The notes: a model not told the origin generated them from the letters alone. Shown: positions 1 through 8,303, numbered from the stretch's first letter. The stretch: 32,000 nt of DNA from Vibrio alginolyticus NBRC 15630 = ATCC 17749 (GCF_000354175.2 NC_022349.1:1200001-1232000); one strand, 5' to 3'. Numbers and translations are program-made.

Positions 1-270
1 CTAAATTATGGATAATTCTTATTTTACTCGAAATCAGTACAGACACAGCAAGATTATATAACCAAATAACCTTAAAATATTTGGCTTTTCGAGCACAGCT
101 TTAAAGTACAACAGTTTTAGCGTATTACTTCTCTTTGCATCAGACGCAAAGTCACGCAGCACATTGAAAGCCATTTTGTTTATTTACTTGAGCTTTTTAG
201 GAAATTACATGAATGGCGCAGATATAGCAATGCAACATAACTCAAATTCCCATTCTAGTAATAGGCGATC

Positions 271-298
271 AAAAAGGGTGAGCCGTTAAGTCTCACCC
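271..298 (-). terminator. Rho-independent terminator downstream of mlc
   Basis: GGGTGAG (276-282) pairs with CTCACCC (292-298) around a 9-nt loop. Read on the minus strand, the hairpin is followed by TTTTT (275-271). It lies about 55 nt after the mlc stop codon. Confidence 0.6.
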
Positions 299-355
299 TA
301 AATCACCTACAAATGTAGTCTCAACAGCCAGGCACATCATCATGTTAAAAAGTAC

Positions 356-1573
356 TTAACCTTCCACAACCTTCATCAATAGTTGACCATCGTACAACGC
401 TTGCTTAATCAACGCGGCACCAGGCATTGTGGCTTGCTTATAGAAACGAGACTCCACCAGCTCAAGATCTTGGTGATAAACAGGTAAACTCTGCTCTTCG
501 ATACAGCGACGAACCGCAGGATAAAGCACATCTTTTGCTTGGTTAATCACACCACCGATCAAGATTTTCTCAGGGTTAAATAAGTTGATCACAATAGCAA
601 TTGCAGAGCCTAAGTAGCCTCCAAGTTTTTCAATCACATCGACGGCCAAAGGATCACCGTTTGCAGCGGCTTCACAAATGCTCTCAATACTCATTTCTTC
701 TTGTTTAGCAAGAATAGAGTCTTCGCCATCAGCGATTCGTCTTACGACTTCTTCACGAATTGCCTGAGAACTGGCAACGGTTTCCAAACAGCCAATATTG
801 CCGCAATGACAACGTTTTCCATTTGGGTCAATTTGAATATGCCCGAGTTCACCAATGTTACCGTGACGGCCTTGCAAAACGCGCCCATCCAGAATGATGC
901 CCGCACCTAAACCGTGGTGGATAGAGATAAGAACGGAGTTGTCATTATCTTGAGAATGACCAAAAAGCTTTTCTGCTAATGCCCAAGCTCGCGTGTCATT
1001 GGCAATGAAAACTGGCAAGCCTGTTGCTTTGTATATCTCTGGTCCAAGAGCAAGATTTTCGACATTGTAATGAGGCATCTGCAAAACGACACCTTGCTCT
1101 GAGTTCACGAGACCAGGCAGCGTAAGGGCAATACTGGTAACACGATCAAGTTGATCCGCGTAAGTCTGAAAGAATTCATCAATTTCGTAAAGCAGGCGCT
1201 CAAGCACATCGTCTTGATCAAGCTCGTGTATCTCGATTTTAGTATCGATCAGTACATCACCGCCTAACTCATGCAAAGCAATGGTTAAATAACCTCGCCC
1301 CAAACGCATTGACAAAAATTGCCAGCCTTCATTATTGACCTGCAAACCGACAGCAGGTCGACCACGACTCGTCGCTTCTTGTACTGTCGTTTCATGAATC
1401 AAGTGCGCTTCAATTAATTCTCGAGTGATTTTGGTGATACTAGCAGGAGCAAGCTCACTCTGCTTGGACAAATCAATTCGAGAAATAGGACCTTTTAGGT
1501 CAATTAGTTTATATACACGACCAGCATTGACCTGTTTGATATGATCAATATGGCCCGGTTGAGCCATGTACAT
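356..1573 (-). CDS. mlc: ROK-family transcriptional repressor Mlc (DgsA), regulator of ptsG/PTS genes
   Basis: Aligns by eye over nearly its full length with E. coli Mlc: QPGHIDxIKQxNAGxVYxLID, LAPASITKIxRE, RGRPAVGL, the H-x-Q-x-DP-x-GKRC-x-CGN-x-GCLET zinc motif, and C-terminal GAALxKxALYxGxLL. The ORF-track start at 1603 is a TTG. The ATG at 1573 has GGAG 6 nt upstream and matches the E. coli N-terminus, so 1573 is preferred (the ATG at 1567 is also possible). Confidence 0.9.
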   Translation of the reverse strand: MYMAQPGHIDHIKQVNAGRVYKLIDLKGPISRIDLSKQSELAPASITKITRELIEAHLIHETTVQEATSRGRPAVGLQVNNEGWQFLSMRLGRGYLTIALHELGGDVLIDTKIEIHELDQDDVLERLLYEIDEFFQTYADQLDRVTSIALTLPGLVNSEQGVVLQMPHYNVENLALGPEIYKATGLPVFIANDTRAWALAEKLFGHSQDNDNSVLISIHHGLGAGIILDGRVLQGRHGNIGELGHIQIDPNGKRCHCGNIGCLETVASSQAIREEVVRRIADGEDSILAKQEEMSIESICEAAANGDPLAVDVIEKLGGYLGSAIAIVINLFNPEKILIGGVINQAKDVLYPAVRRCIEEQSLPVYHQDLELVESRFYKQATMPGAALIKQALYDGQLLMKVVEG

Positions 1574-1648
1574 CTTGCACTCCGAAATTCTATAACGGGA
1601 CAATTTTTTTACTTTGCGAACTAATTGTGAAGTGAATTAATAAATCCC

Positions 1649-1664
1649 CGTGACAAGCATCACG
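1649..1664. promoter_or_regulatory. Candidate CRP-like site in the mlc-pykA divergent intergenic region
   Basis: cGTGAcaagcaTCACg is a perfect 5-bp inverted repeat with a 6-nt spacer. It matches 8 of 10 core positions of the TGTGA-N6-TCACA CRP consensus and lies about 80 nt upstream of the mlc ATG. This is a pattern match only. Confidence 0.25.
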
Positions 1665-1728
1665 TATAAACCTGTTTGTTTGTGTATTCAATCAAATAAC
1701 GAAGAATCTACTCCTGTTAAATTGTTTG

Positions 1729-1745
1729 AAAAATAACTTATTTTT
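1729..1745. promoter_or_regulatory. 17-bp perfect AT palindrome (possible operator) between mlc and pykA
   Basis: AAAAATAA-C-TTATTTTT has 8-nt arms that are exact reverse complements. It sits in the divergent promoter region. Its function is not established. Confidence 0.2.
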
Positions 1746-1983
1746 ATTCACTAAATTATGAAGTAATGCCTTTAAAGCAGCGTATTTTTATCAATAAGGC
1801 CATTGCCTGTCGAATATCTGTCTGTTTTACCGGGGTTACTCTTAATGTAAACATTCTGTGCATATACTTATATTCAAGTAGCTTTAAGGTGTGGGCTCAG
1901 CAACGAGGCTAACCTTGAGAGCGATTGCGTAAAGTAAGGATAGAGTTCAAGTTACCTTTACACACACATTCATCGGAGAATCT

Positions 1984-3426
1984 ATGACTTCCAAATTAAG
2001 ACGAACAAAAATTGTCACTACGCTGGGTCCTTCAACGGATAAGGACAATATACTTGAGGAGATCATCAAAGCCGGTGCAAACGTTGTCCGTATGAATTTT
2101 TCACATGGAACCAGTGAAGACCACATTCAACGTGCGAACAAAGTCCGTACCATTGCAGCAAGACTTGGGCGTCAGGTTGCAATTCTTGGTGACTTACAAG
2201 GCCCTAAAATCCGTGTATCAACGTTTAAAGACGGCCAAGTCATTTTGAATGTGGGCGATAAATTCACATTAGATAGTGATTTACCAAAAGGTGAAGGCAA
2301 TCAAAAATCTGTAGGGTTAGATTATAAAGAACTACCGCAAGATGTTTCACCAAATGACATTTTATTACTCGATGATGGACGCGTTCAGTTGCAAGTTACT
2401 AAAGTAGAGAGTAATAAAGTTCATACCCGTGTGATTGTCGGTGGTCCATTGTCCAACAATAAAGGGATCAACAAAAAAGGCGGCGGATTGTCAGCGGATG
2501 CGCTCACAGAGAAAGATAAAGCTGATATTCTTACCGCCGCAGCAATTCAAGTGGACTACCTTGCTATTTCATTCCCACGTAACGGCGAAGACATGCATTA
2601 CGCTCGACGCTTAGCCAGAGATGCAGGCCTTGAAGCCATGTTAGTGGCTAAAGTCGAACGAGCAGAAACCGTCGCGACCAATGAGTCTATTGACGACATT
2701 ATTCTCGCATCCGATGTGGTGATGGTTGCACGTGGTGACCTTGGTGTAGAAATCGGTGACCCTGAGCTCATTGGTGTCCAGAAAAAACTGATTCGTCGCG
2801 CACGCAGTTTAAACCGTATCGTGATTACTGCGACACAAATGATGGAATCCATGATTACTAGCCCAATGCCAACGCGTGCTGAAGTGATGGATGTGGCCAA
2901 TGCGGTTCTAGACGGCACTGACGCGGTGATGCTGTCTGGAGAGACTGCTGCAGGTAAATATCCTGTAGAAACGGTCAAATCCATGGCCGAAGTATGTGTG
3001 GGGGCAGAAAAAATGTCGGAGGCAAGTCTATCTACTTATCGCTTAGATAGAACCTTCGAAACCGCTGAAGAAACCATCGCAATGGCAACCATGTACTCTG
3101 CGAATCACATGGAAGGAATTAAAGCGATGATCTCGTTAACTGAGTCTGGCAGGACTGCGTTGATGATGTCTCGCTTAAGCTCTGGCTTGCCAATATTTGC
3201 CTTATCACGGAATGAATCGACACTAAATCGAGCAGCATTATACCGAGGCGTGACACCTGTATATTTCGAGTCAAAAAGTGATGCGGGTTTACCAACAGCT
3301 CAAGCAGCGATTACTAGCCTTAAAGAGCAAGGGTTCTTGCACAAAGGTGATTTAGTCATTATTACTCAAGGCGATGTAATGGATGTTGTTGGCTCAACCA
3401 ACTGCATGCGCATTCTACAAGCGTAG
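1984..3426 (+). CDS. pykA: Pyruvate kinase II (AMP-activated type)
   Basis: 480 aa, collinear with E. coli PykA from the N-terminus ([15 protein letters not shown], [28 protein letters not shown]) through [12 protein letters not shown] and TQMMESMI to the C-terminus. GGAG lies 6 nt upstream of the ATG. Confidence 0.96.
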   Translation: MTSKLRRTKIVTTLGPSTDKDNILEEIIKAGANVVRMNFSHGTSEDHIQRANKVRTIAARLGRQVAILGDLQGPKIRVSTFKDGQVILNVGDKFTLDSDLPKGEGNQKSVGLDYKELPQDVSPNDILLLDDGRVQLQVTKVESNKVHTRVIVGGPLSNNKGINKKGGGLSADALTEKDKADILTAAAIQVDYLAISFPRNGEDMHYARRLARDAGLEAMLVAKVERAETVATNESIDDIILASDVVMVARGDLGVEIGDPELIGVQKKLIRRARSLNRIVITATQMMESMITSPMPTRAEVMDVANAVLDGTDAVMLSGETAAGKYPVETVKSMAEVCVGAEKMSEASLSTYRLDRTFETAEETIAMATMYSANHMEGIKAMISLTESGRTALMMSRLSSGLPIFALSRNESTLNRAALYRGVTPVYFESKSDAGLPTAQAAITSLKEQGFLHKGDLVIITQGDVMDVVGSTNCMRILQA

Positions 3427-3463
3427 TCGTTATACCTAACTGGAATTAACCACAAGAACCCGC

Positions 3464-3493
3464 AAATAAGGCTCCGAAAATGGAGCCTTATTT
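3464..3493. terminator. Bidirectional rho-independent terminator (pykA / patatin gene convergent junction)
   Basis: AAATAAGGCTCC (3464-3475) pairs with GGAGCCTTATTT (3482-3493) around a 6-nt loop. A/T runs on both sides allow it to work on either strand. Confidence 0.75.
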
Positions 3494-3534
3494 ATATGCT
3501 TTGTATATTGCGCACATCGTGAACGTAAGAAGGT

Positions 3535-4686
3535 TTATGCAGTCTCTCTACCATCAATTTCAACATCCAGCTGGTCATAGAGTTGAACTAGGTTAAACCC
3601 AGCTTGAAGCCCAAGTTGATAGTCATGCTCTAGTGACTCTTGGTCACTTAACAAAGAAGAAGAACGAAGTCCCTCTTTAGGCGCAACTTGTAAAATAAAA
3701 GTGTCGTCAGGTGGAGCAGATATAAAGGCCTGAGTGAGCTCAAATGTTTGATAATGAATCATCAGCATGTCGGCTAAACCTGAATCAAAATTCTCACCAA
3801 TCAGATGACTTAAACGATACAAGTTATCGGCACCGAACAACCAACGGCCTCCATTTAACAGCATTTTCCCTGCAAGCTTCGATTGATGTGCTGCATTAAT
3901 TTTTTGTTGGAAGAACGACGCCCAATCCAGCTTCCACTGATTCACTTTTTGCTGCCATGATTGCTGTACTGAGTTGATAGACTCTCGATACCATTCGACA
4001 GGCACATCCCCCACTTCACTTTGGGCTCTCGCTTCAATCTCTGAAAACGGCTCTGTGCGAATGACAATAATGTTGCGAGCATTCTGACGCCACGCTTCTT
4101 GAACAGGGATAGAGGCAGACACGCCGCCATCAACAAACTTATTGCCATTTACGTCGACAGGTCCGTGGTACAACTTGGGAATCGCACATGTCGCTAGCAT
4201 AGTGTTAAACCACGAGTCATCCAAGATTGGTAGATATTGATCTGATAGCGTCTCTATATTCGTTACCGCAGCAAACGCTCCTCGTTTTCCCAATGCGCTG
4301 CGACCTAAATCAAGGTCAAGCTTGTATGGGAAATCTTGAATCCGTTCTAATGCCCACTCTAAACCTAAGTACTGCTGCTTTCGGATATAGCGAAACAGAT
4401 TAAAAAATTCAGGAGACGTTGTCAGCTCGGTAATAAAAGCTTTGCCCATGCCATGTTGACGACACAAGTAAGAACATAAGTTAAGTGCTCCGGCAGAGGT
4501 GCCATAGAATTCATCGAAAGGATCGAAGTTGGAAAGTAAAAAGGCGTCTAAAACGCCAGCGGTAAAAATCCCTCTCTGCCCTCCACCTTGCGTGACTAAA
4601 GCAGTTTTACCATGCCTAAAGTGCTCATAAACTTTTACATCAAGCTCTGCATGGCTTTCTGTGATTATACCGCTGTTACGTATCAT
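3535..4686 (-). CDS. Patatin-like phospholipase family protein (E. coli YjjU-like)
   Basis: Contains the oxyanion motif GGGQRG, the nucleophile elbow GTSAG (GxSxG) and the catalytic DGG (FVDGGVSASIP). The overall layout and several blocks (GGGQRGIFTAGVLD-F, GTSAGA-NL, VVIRT) resemble E. coli YjjU. Confidence 0.88.
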   Translation of the reverse strand: MIRNSGIITESHAELDVKVYEHFRHGKTALVTQGGGQRGIFTAGVLDAFLLSNFDPFDEFYGTSAGALNLCSYLCRQHGMGKAFITELTTSPEFFNLFRYIRKQQYLGLEWALERIQDFPYKLDLDLGRSALGKRGAFAAVTNIETLSDQYLPILDDSWFNTMLATCAIPKLYHGPVDVNGNKFVDGGVSASIPVQEAWRQNARNIIVIRTEPFSEIEARAQSEVGDVPVEWYRESINSVQQSWQQKVNQWKLDWASFFQQKINAAHQSKLAGKMLLNGGRWLFGADNLYRLSHLIGENFDSGLADMLMIHYQTFELTQAFISAPPDDTFILQVAPKEGLRSSSLLSDQESLEHDYQLGLQAGFNLVQLYDQLDVEIDGRETA

Positions 4687-4730
4687 AGGCTCACGCCGTT
4701 TTGTTAAAACGTTTGGTAAAAGTGGTTATC

Positions 4731-4823
4731 TTAAGCTGTTGTAATAGCAATGATGCCAAATGACAAAAGCACTGCAAAAACAGTCACCACAATGATTAAT
4801 GCGGATTTTAGATCGTGTTCCAT
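4731..4823 (-). CDS. Hypothetical 30-aa single-pass membrane peptide (below the ORF-track cutoff)
   Basis: ATG at 4823-4821 is preceded by AAGGAGG (reverse complement of 4829-4835) with a 5-nt spacer. Translation is MEHDLKSALIIVVTVFAVLLSFGIIAITTA, with stop TAA at 4733-4731. About 22 contiguous hydrophobic residues follow a short polar N-terminus. The ORF ends 44 nt upstream of the patatin gene on the same strand. Confidence 0.45.
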   Translation of the reverse strand: MEHDLKSALIIVVTVFAVLLSFGIIAITTA

Positions 4824-4950
4824 AAACACCTCCTTAATATGTAACAAATTAATAACACCGGTGTGAAATATGTTCAAGATTTGCTTAATTTAGTCGCGCA
4901 ATTTTGACTAACCCATCACAATTAGCTTAGTCATAATAAGGAGATAGGGG

Positions 4951-5541
4951 ATGAACCAAAAACTCAGCTGGCTAGTAGGAATCATGATGATGAGTACTGC
5001 TATCAATGCACAAGCGAATATCATCGTTACACCATACATAGGCTATACAGGAGGCGGCCAAGTAGAGGATGAAAGTGGTAATACATACGATCTCGACCCC
5101 GCAGTGAATTACGCTCTTTCAGTCGAGACTCCCTTAGAAAAAGGAAGGATCGGATTGTTTTACTCCAATCAATCGACGGAACTTGAAAAGCTGTCCAACT
5201 CGGCAGATATCCATTATCTGCACTTCCAAAGCAGCATGTACTATCCTGTCGCAGAAAAATGGCAAACCTATATCGGTGTAGGTTTGGGCGCTTCTTACGC
5301 CGATGTGGATTGGGTAGACAAAAAATACGGATTTTCGGCTAGCGCTTTTGCAGGGCTGGAATATGAATTTTCAAAGAACTTTGCATTAACAGCCCAACTG
5401 AGATGGTTAGGAACGGTCGTTGATAACGATACATCTGGCGCCTGTACTCTACCTAATGACGGCTCAAACTGTATCATTAAGTTCGATACTGATTGGATGA
5501 ACCAATTCCAATCAAATGTCGGTTTTAGTTTCCGCTTCTAA
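4951..5541 (+). CDS. Outer-membrane beta-barrel protein (porin/OmpW-like fold, family not assigned)
   Basis: Has a signal peptide ending AINAQA-N, alternating hydrophobic beta-strand patterning, and the C-terminal aromatic signature GFSFRF-stop typical of BAM substrates. AAGGAG lies 7 nt upstream of the ATG. Confidence 0.8.
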   Translation: MNQKLSWLVGIMMMSTAINAQANIIVTPYIGYTGGGQVEDESGNTYDLDPAVNYALSVETPLEKGRIGLFYSNQSTELEKLSNSADIHYLHFQSSMYYPVAEKWQTYIGVGLGASYADVDWVDKKYGFSASAFAGLEYEFSKNFALTAQLRWLGTVVDNDTSGACTLPNDGSNCIIKFDTDWMNQFQSNVGFSFRF

Positions 5542-6110
5542 TTTTTATGCATGTTCCTTTATAGGACTCGTCACAAAGAACGCTGAACGAGTCCTGCACA
5601 GAGCCGATAAAGGACATCGTCTAAACACCATTGTTTGGCAAAGTAACGAAGCATCATCTAGATAGGTGCACAAAAGATAGCCGTACGCCCTAATTAATCA
5701 AAATAGTCTTAAACACCAAAGCAATTATTAGATCCCAGTCATTTATTCCAGACAAACAACCACACACCCACATAAAACCACAATCAAACTCAAATTTAAC
5801 AAGATTAAAACCAGACAACGCATCTGAATTAACATTTAGATTCTATTGCGCTAAGTATTATTAGAAGTTAGTCTGATCAGTGAAAACAGATAAATATTTC
5901 AGTTTTATCAAACACACATCAAAATTTTAAGATTAATAATCTACTTTCTCTTACAGTAGCCAGAATATAGCTCTATAAAATTATAAGAAGTTAGAATTAA
6001 GGATAGAAAAGCTGATGGATAACAGCGGTCCTTTCTTCCAACTGTTTGCGCAATTATTACTGTGTTACGTAGAGAGCTTCATTCCTCAGGGAGTCTTATA
6101 GGAGTCAAAT

Positions 6111-7577
6111 ATGAAGCGAGAACAATGGGGATCCCGGGCGGGATTCATCTTAGCAGCAGTTGGGTCTGCTATCGGTTTGGGAAACATTTGGCGTTTCCCA
6201 TACATGGCCTATGAAAACGGTGGCGGCGCATTTTTTATTCCTTACATTTTTGCCATGATCACTGCCGGTATTCCATTTATGATCCTTGAGTTCAGTATGG
6301 GACAAAAATACCGAGGCTCGGCACCAAAAACACTTGCGAAAATTCATTCTAAATTTGAATGGCTTGGCTGGTTCCAAGTTGGTGTGGCTGCAGTTATTGC
6401 CGTTTACTATGTGGCTGTTATCGGTTGGTCGATTTCTTACTTTGGGTTGTCGTTTACTCAAGGTTGGGGAACCGATACCAACGCATTTTTCTTTAGTGAA
6501 TACCTAAAGCTAGGTGACAACTCACCAACAGACTTAGGCAGTATTCAATGGAAGATTGCTTTATCCATGGTAATTGCTTGGGCAATTACTTACACCGCCA
6601 TTGCCAAAGGCGTGAAATCAGGAATTGAACGAGCATCTAAAATTATGATGCCAATCCTATTCTTGATGGTGATTTTCTTAATCGGACGTATGATTTTCTT
6701 GCCAGGAGCTCTAGATGGCGTGAACTACATGTTCGAACCCGATTTCAGCAAAATTTGGGATGTGAAAGTATGGGCAGCGGCATATGGTCAGATCTTTTTT
6801 ACGCTAAGTATCGGCTTCGCCATCATGCTAGCTTACTCTAGCTACCTACCAGAAAAGTCGGACATAACGAATAACGCGTTTATGACCGTGTTGATCAACT
6901 GTGGCTTCTCGATCCTAGCCGGCATCATGATCTTCTCAGTATTGGGTTACATGGCTCAAGAGCAAGGTAAGCCGTTAACAGAGGTGGTATCTGCAGGCGT
7001 TGGCTTGGCTTTTGTTACTTTACCTGCGGCAATTAACCTACTACCTGCCCCATATATTCTTGGTCCACTGTTCTTCTTTGCACTGGTGGTTGCTGGTCTA
7101 AGTTCGCATATTTCAATTATGGAAGCCGTAACTTCAGCCATTATCGACAAGCTGAAGTGGAGCCGTAAAAAAGCTGCAAATGTTGTGATTGGTATTGGCT
7201 TCGTTGTCTCTATGGCGTTTGCTACCAATGGCGGTCTGCTGCTACTCGATCTAGTAGACCACTTTGCAAACAACGTTGGCATCATGGTTGGTGGTCTGGT
7301 TGAGATTGTCTTGATGGCGTGGCTATTGAAGCGCGTGCCAGAAGTACGTAATTACGTTAACGAGCGCTCTGATTTCTCTGTTGGTCAATGGTTCGAGATC
7401 TGCTTACGCTTCGTTACACCAATCATGCTCGCCATTATCTTAGCGACCAAGCTATACGCCCTAATTACTGAAGGCTACGGTGGCTATGATCTAACTTTAG
7501 GCTGGGCACTTATCGCCGCACTCTTTATCTTTGGTCTAGTGATCAACGCAGTGAACCGCAAGGAGACAGCAAAATGA
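6111..7577 (+). CDS. Sodium-dependent transporter, neurotransmitter:sodium symporter (NSS/SNF) family
   Basis: The N-terminal NSS hallmark is present: W-x-SR-x-GFILAAVGSAIGLGNIWRFPY. About 11-12 hydrophobic segments are visible. AGGAG lies 6 nt upstream of the ATG. Confidence 0.93.
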   Translation: MKREQWGSRAGFILAAVGSAIGLGNIWRFPYMAYENGGGAFFIPYIFAMITAGIPFMILEFSMGQKYRGSAPKTLAKIHSKFEWLGWFQVGVAAVIAVYYVAVIGWSISYFGLSFTQGWGTDTNAFFFSEYLKLGDNSPTDLGSIQWKIALSMVIAWAITYTAIAKGVKSGIERASKIMMPILFLMVIFLIGRMIFLPGALDGVNYMFEPDFSKIWDVKVWAAAYGQIFFTLSIGFAIMLAYSSYLPEKSDITNNAFMTVLINCGFSILAGIMIFSVLGYMAQEQGKPLTEVVSAGVGLAFVTLPAAINLLPAPYILGPLFFFALVVAGLSSHISIMEAVTSAIIDKLKWSRKKAANVVIGIGFVVSMAFATNGGLLLLDLVDHFANNVGIMVGGLVEIVLMAWLLKRVPEVRNYVNERSDFSVGQWFEICLRFVTPIMLAIILATKLYALITEGYGGYDLTLGWALIAALFIFGLVINAVNRKETAK

Positions 7578-7669
7578 CAATCAGCGCAATTATTATGATG
7601 GTTATTGGTTTAGGTATCACTTGGGGCGGCGCTGCCGTTTGCATCAAGCGAGCCATGGATAAACAATAA
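7574..7669 (+). CDS. MetS-like small subunit of an NSS transporter (31 aa, below the ORF-track cutoff)
   Basis: The ATG overlaps the transporter stop as ATGA (7574-7577). Translation is MTISAIIMMVIGLGITWGGAAVCIKRAMDKQ-stop (TAA 7667-7669): one TM helix with a WGG motif and a basic tail. This is the shape I recall for the MetS small-subunit family that pairs with NSS permeases. A terminator follows directly. Confidence 0.65.
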   Translation: MTISAIIMMVIGLGITWGGAAVCIKRAMDKQ

Positions 7670-7686
7670 AACGTTAAGTTCCATAT

Positions 7687-7718
7687 AAAAAAACGCCGGT
7701 AGTTACCGGCGTTTTTTT
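7687..7718. terminator. Bidirectional rho-independent terminator
   Basis: AAAAAAACGCCGGTA (7687-7701) pairs with TACCGGCGTTTTTTT (7704-7718). The stem is GC-rich with a 2-nt gap, an A-run upstream and a T-run downstream. It lies between the convergent NSS operon (+) and the small OMP gene (-). Confidence 0.85.
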
Positions 7719-7738
7719 GTACATACTTTAGTTCAATT

Positions 7739-8140
7739 CTAGAAACTGTACTTGATGCCAACGGCGCCGCCAAGTTGCAAGTCAGCACCTTTGTAAAGAT
7801 CTAGCTCTGGGTGTATTTGACCATAAAGGTCCCAGCCGCGTGATAAATCCCAGTTCACACCAAGTGGTACTCTCACACCAAACTCGTCATCCCATTCATA
7901 CCAGCCACCAACGCCGACATACCAAGTCACAGGCATGTTTTGATCGAATGTTCCACGCTTAGCGATGTAATCAAACGCCATACCATCGTTTCCGATAATG
8001 CCACGATATTTGTTATCTAACTCTACAACAACACTTAATTGTTGATCGACAGCCATACCAACTGATAGATCCGTTGGCTCGCTTGCCGCCATTGCCGTAC
8101 TAGAAACTAGTCCCAAAACTAAAATGAATTTGTTCTTCAT
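7739..8140 (-). CDS. Small outer-membrane beta-barrel protein (family not assigned)
   Basis: The signal peptide MKNKFILVLGLVSSTAMA-A starts from the ATG at 8140 (the ORF-track start at 8152 is a TTG). The protein is aromatic/Gly-rich with alternating strands and ends with GIKYSF-stop. No clear SD was seen. Confidence 0.7.
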   Translation of the reverse strand: MKNKFILVLGLVSSTAMAASEPTDLSVGMAVDQQLSVVVELDNKYRGIIGNDGMAFDYIAKRGTFDQNMPVTWYVGVGGWYEWDDEFGVRVPLGVNWDLSRGWDLYGQIHPELDLYKGADLQLGGAVGIKYSF

Positions 8141-8303
8141 ACACGTTATCAATTATTCAAAAAAACATTATTCGCTATTCAAACATAATGGCATATCAAT
8201 ATGTCAACGATGGGTAAGCTCGATGTATGAAAAAGCTGACAAAAGTAAAGATGAGTTTAGGATCACACTAAAAAAGGAACTGTCAGTTAATAAAATAGGA
8301 ACT

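Noticed and set aside
209-289. 26-codon ORF (MNGADIAMQHNSNSHSSNRRSKRVSR) with an AGGA 6 nt upstream, in the left flank.
   Set aside because: The peptide is hydrophilic and low in information, the SD is weak, and the ORF runs into the mlc terminator stem. There is no supporting feature, and the flank is truncated by the window edge, so context is missing.
2598-2984. 128-aa minus-strand ORF inside pykA.
   Set aside because: It is entirely antisense to a confidently identified gene. Its composition is Ser/Thr/Ala/Arg-rich, typical of a shadow frame, and it has no SD.
5563-5595. Hairpin AGGACTCGT/ACGAGTCCT after the OMP gene as its terminator.
   Set aside because: The loop is 15 nt and no T-run follows. 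It may be a weak or Rho-assisted end, but it is not supportable as an intrinsic terminator.
5542-6110. Known riboswitch (e.g. glycine) or decayed pseudogene in the long gap upstream of the NSS transporter.
   Set aside because: I saw no conserved riboswitch core sequences that I can recognise, and no extended frame with protein-like translation. This cannot be excluded without a covariance-model scan, so the gap is reported only as an unexplained CA-rich tract.
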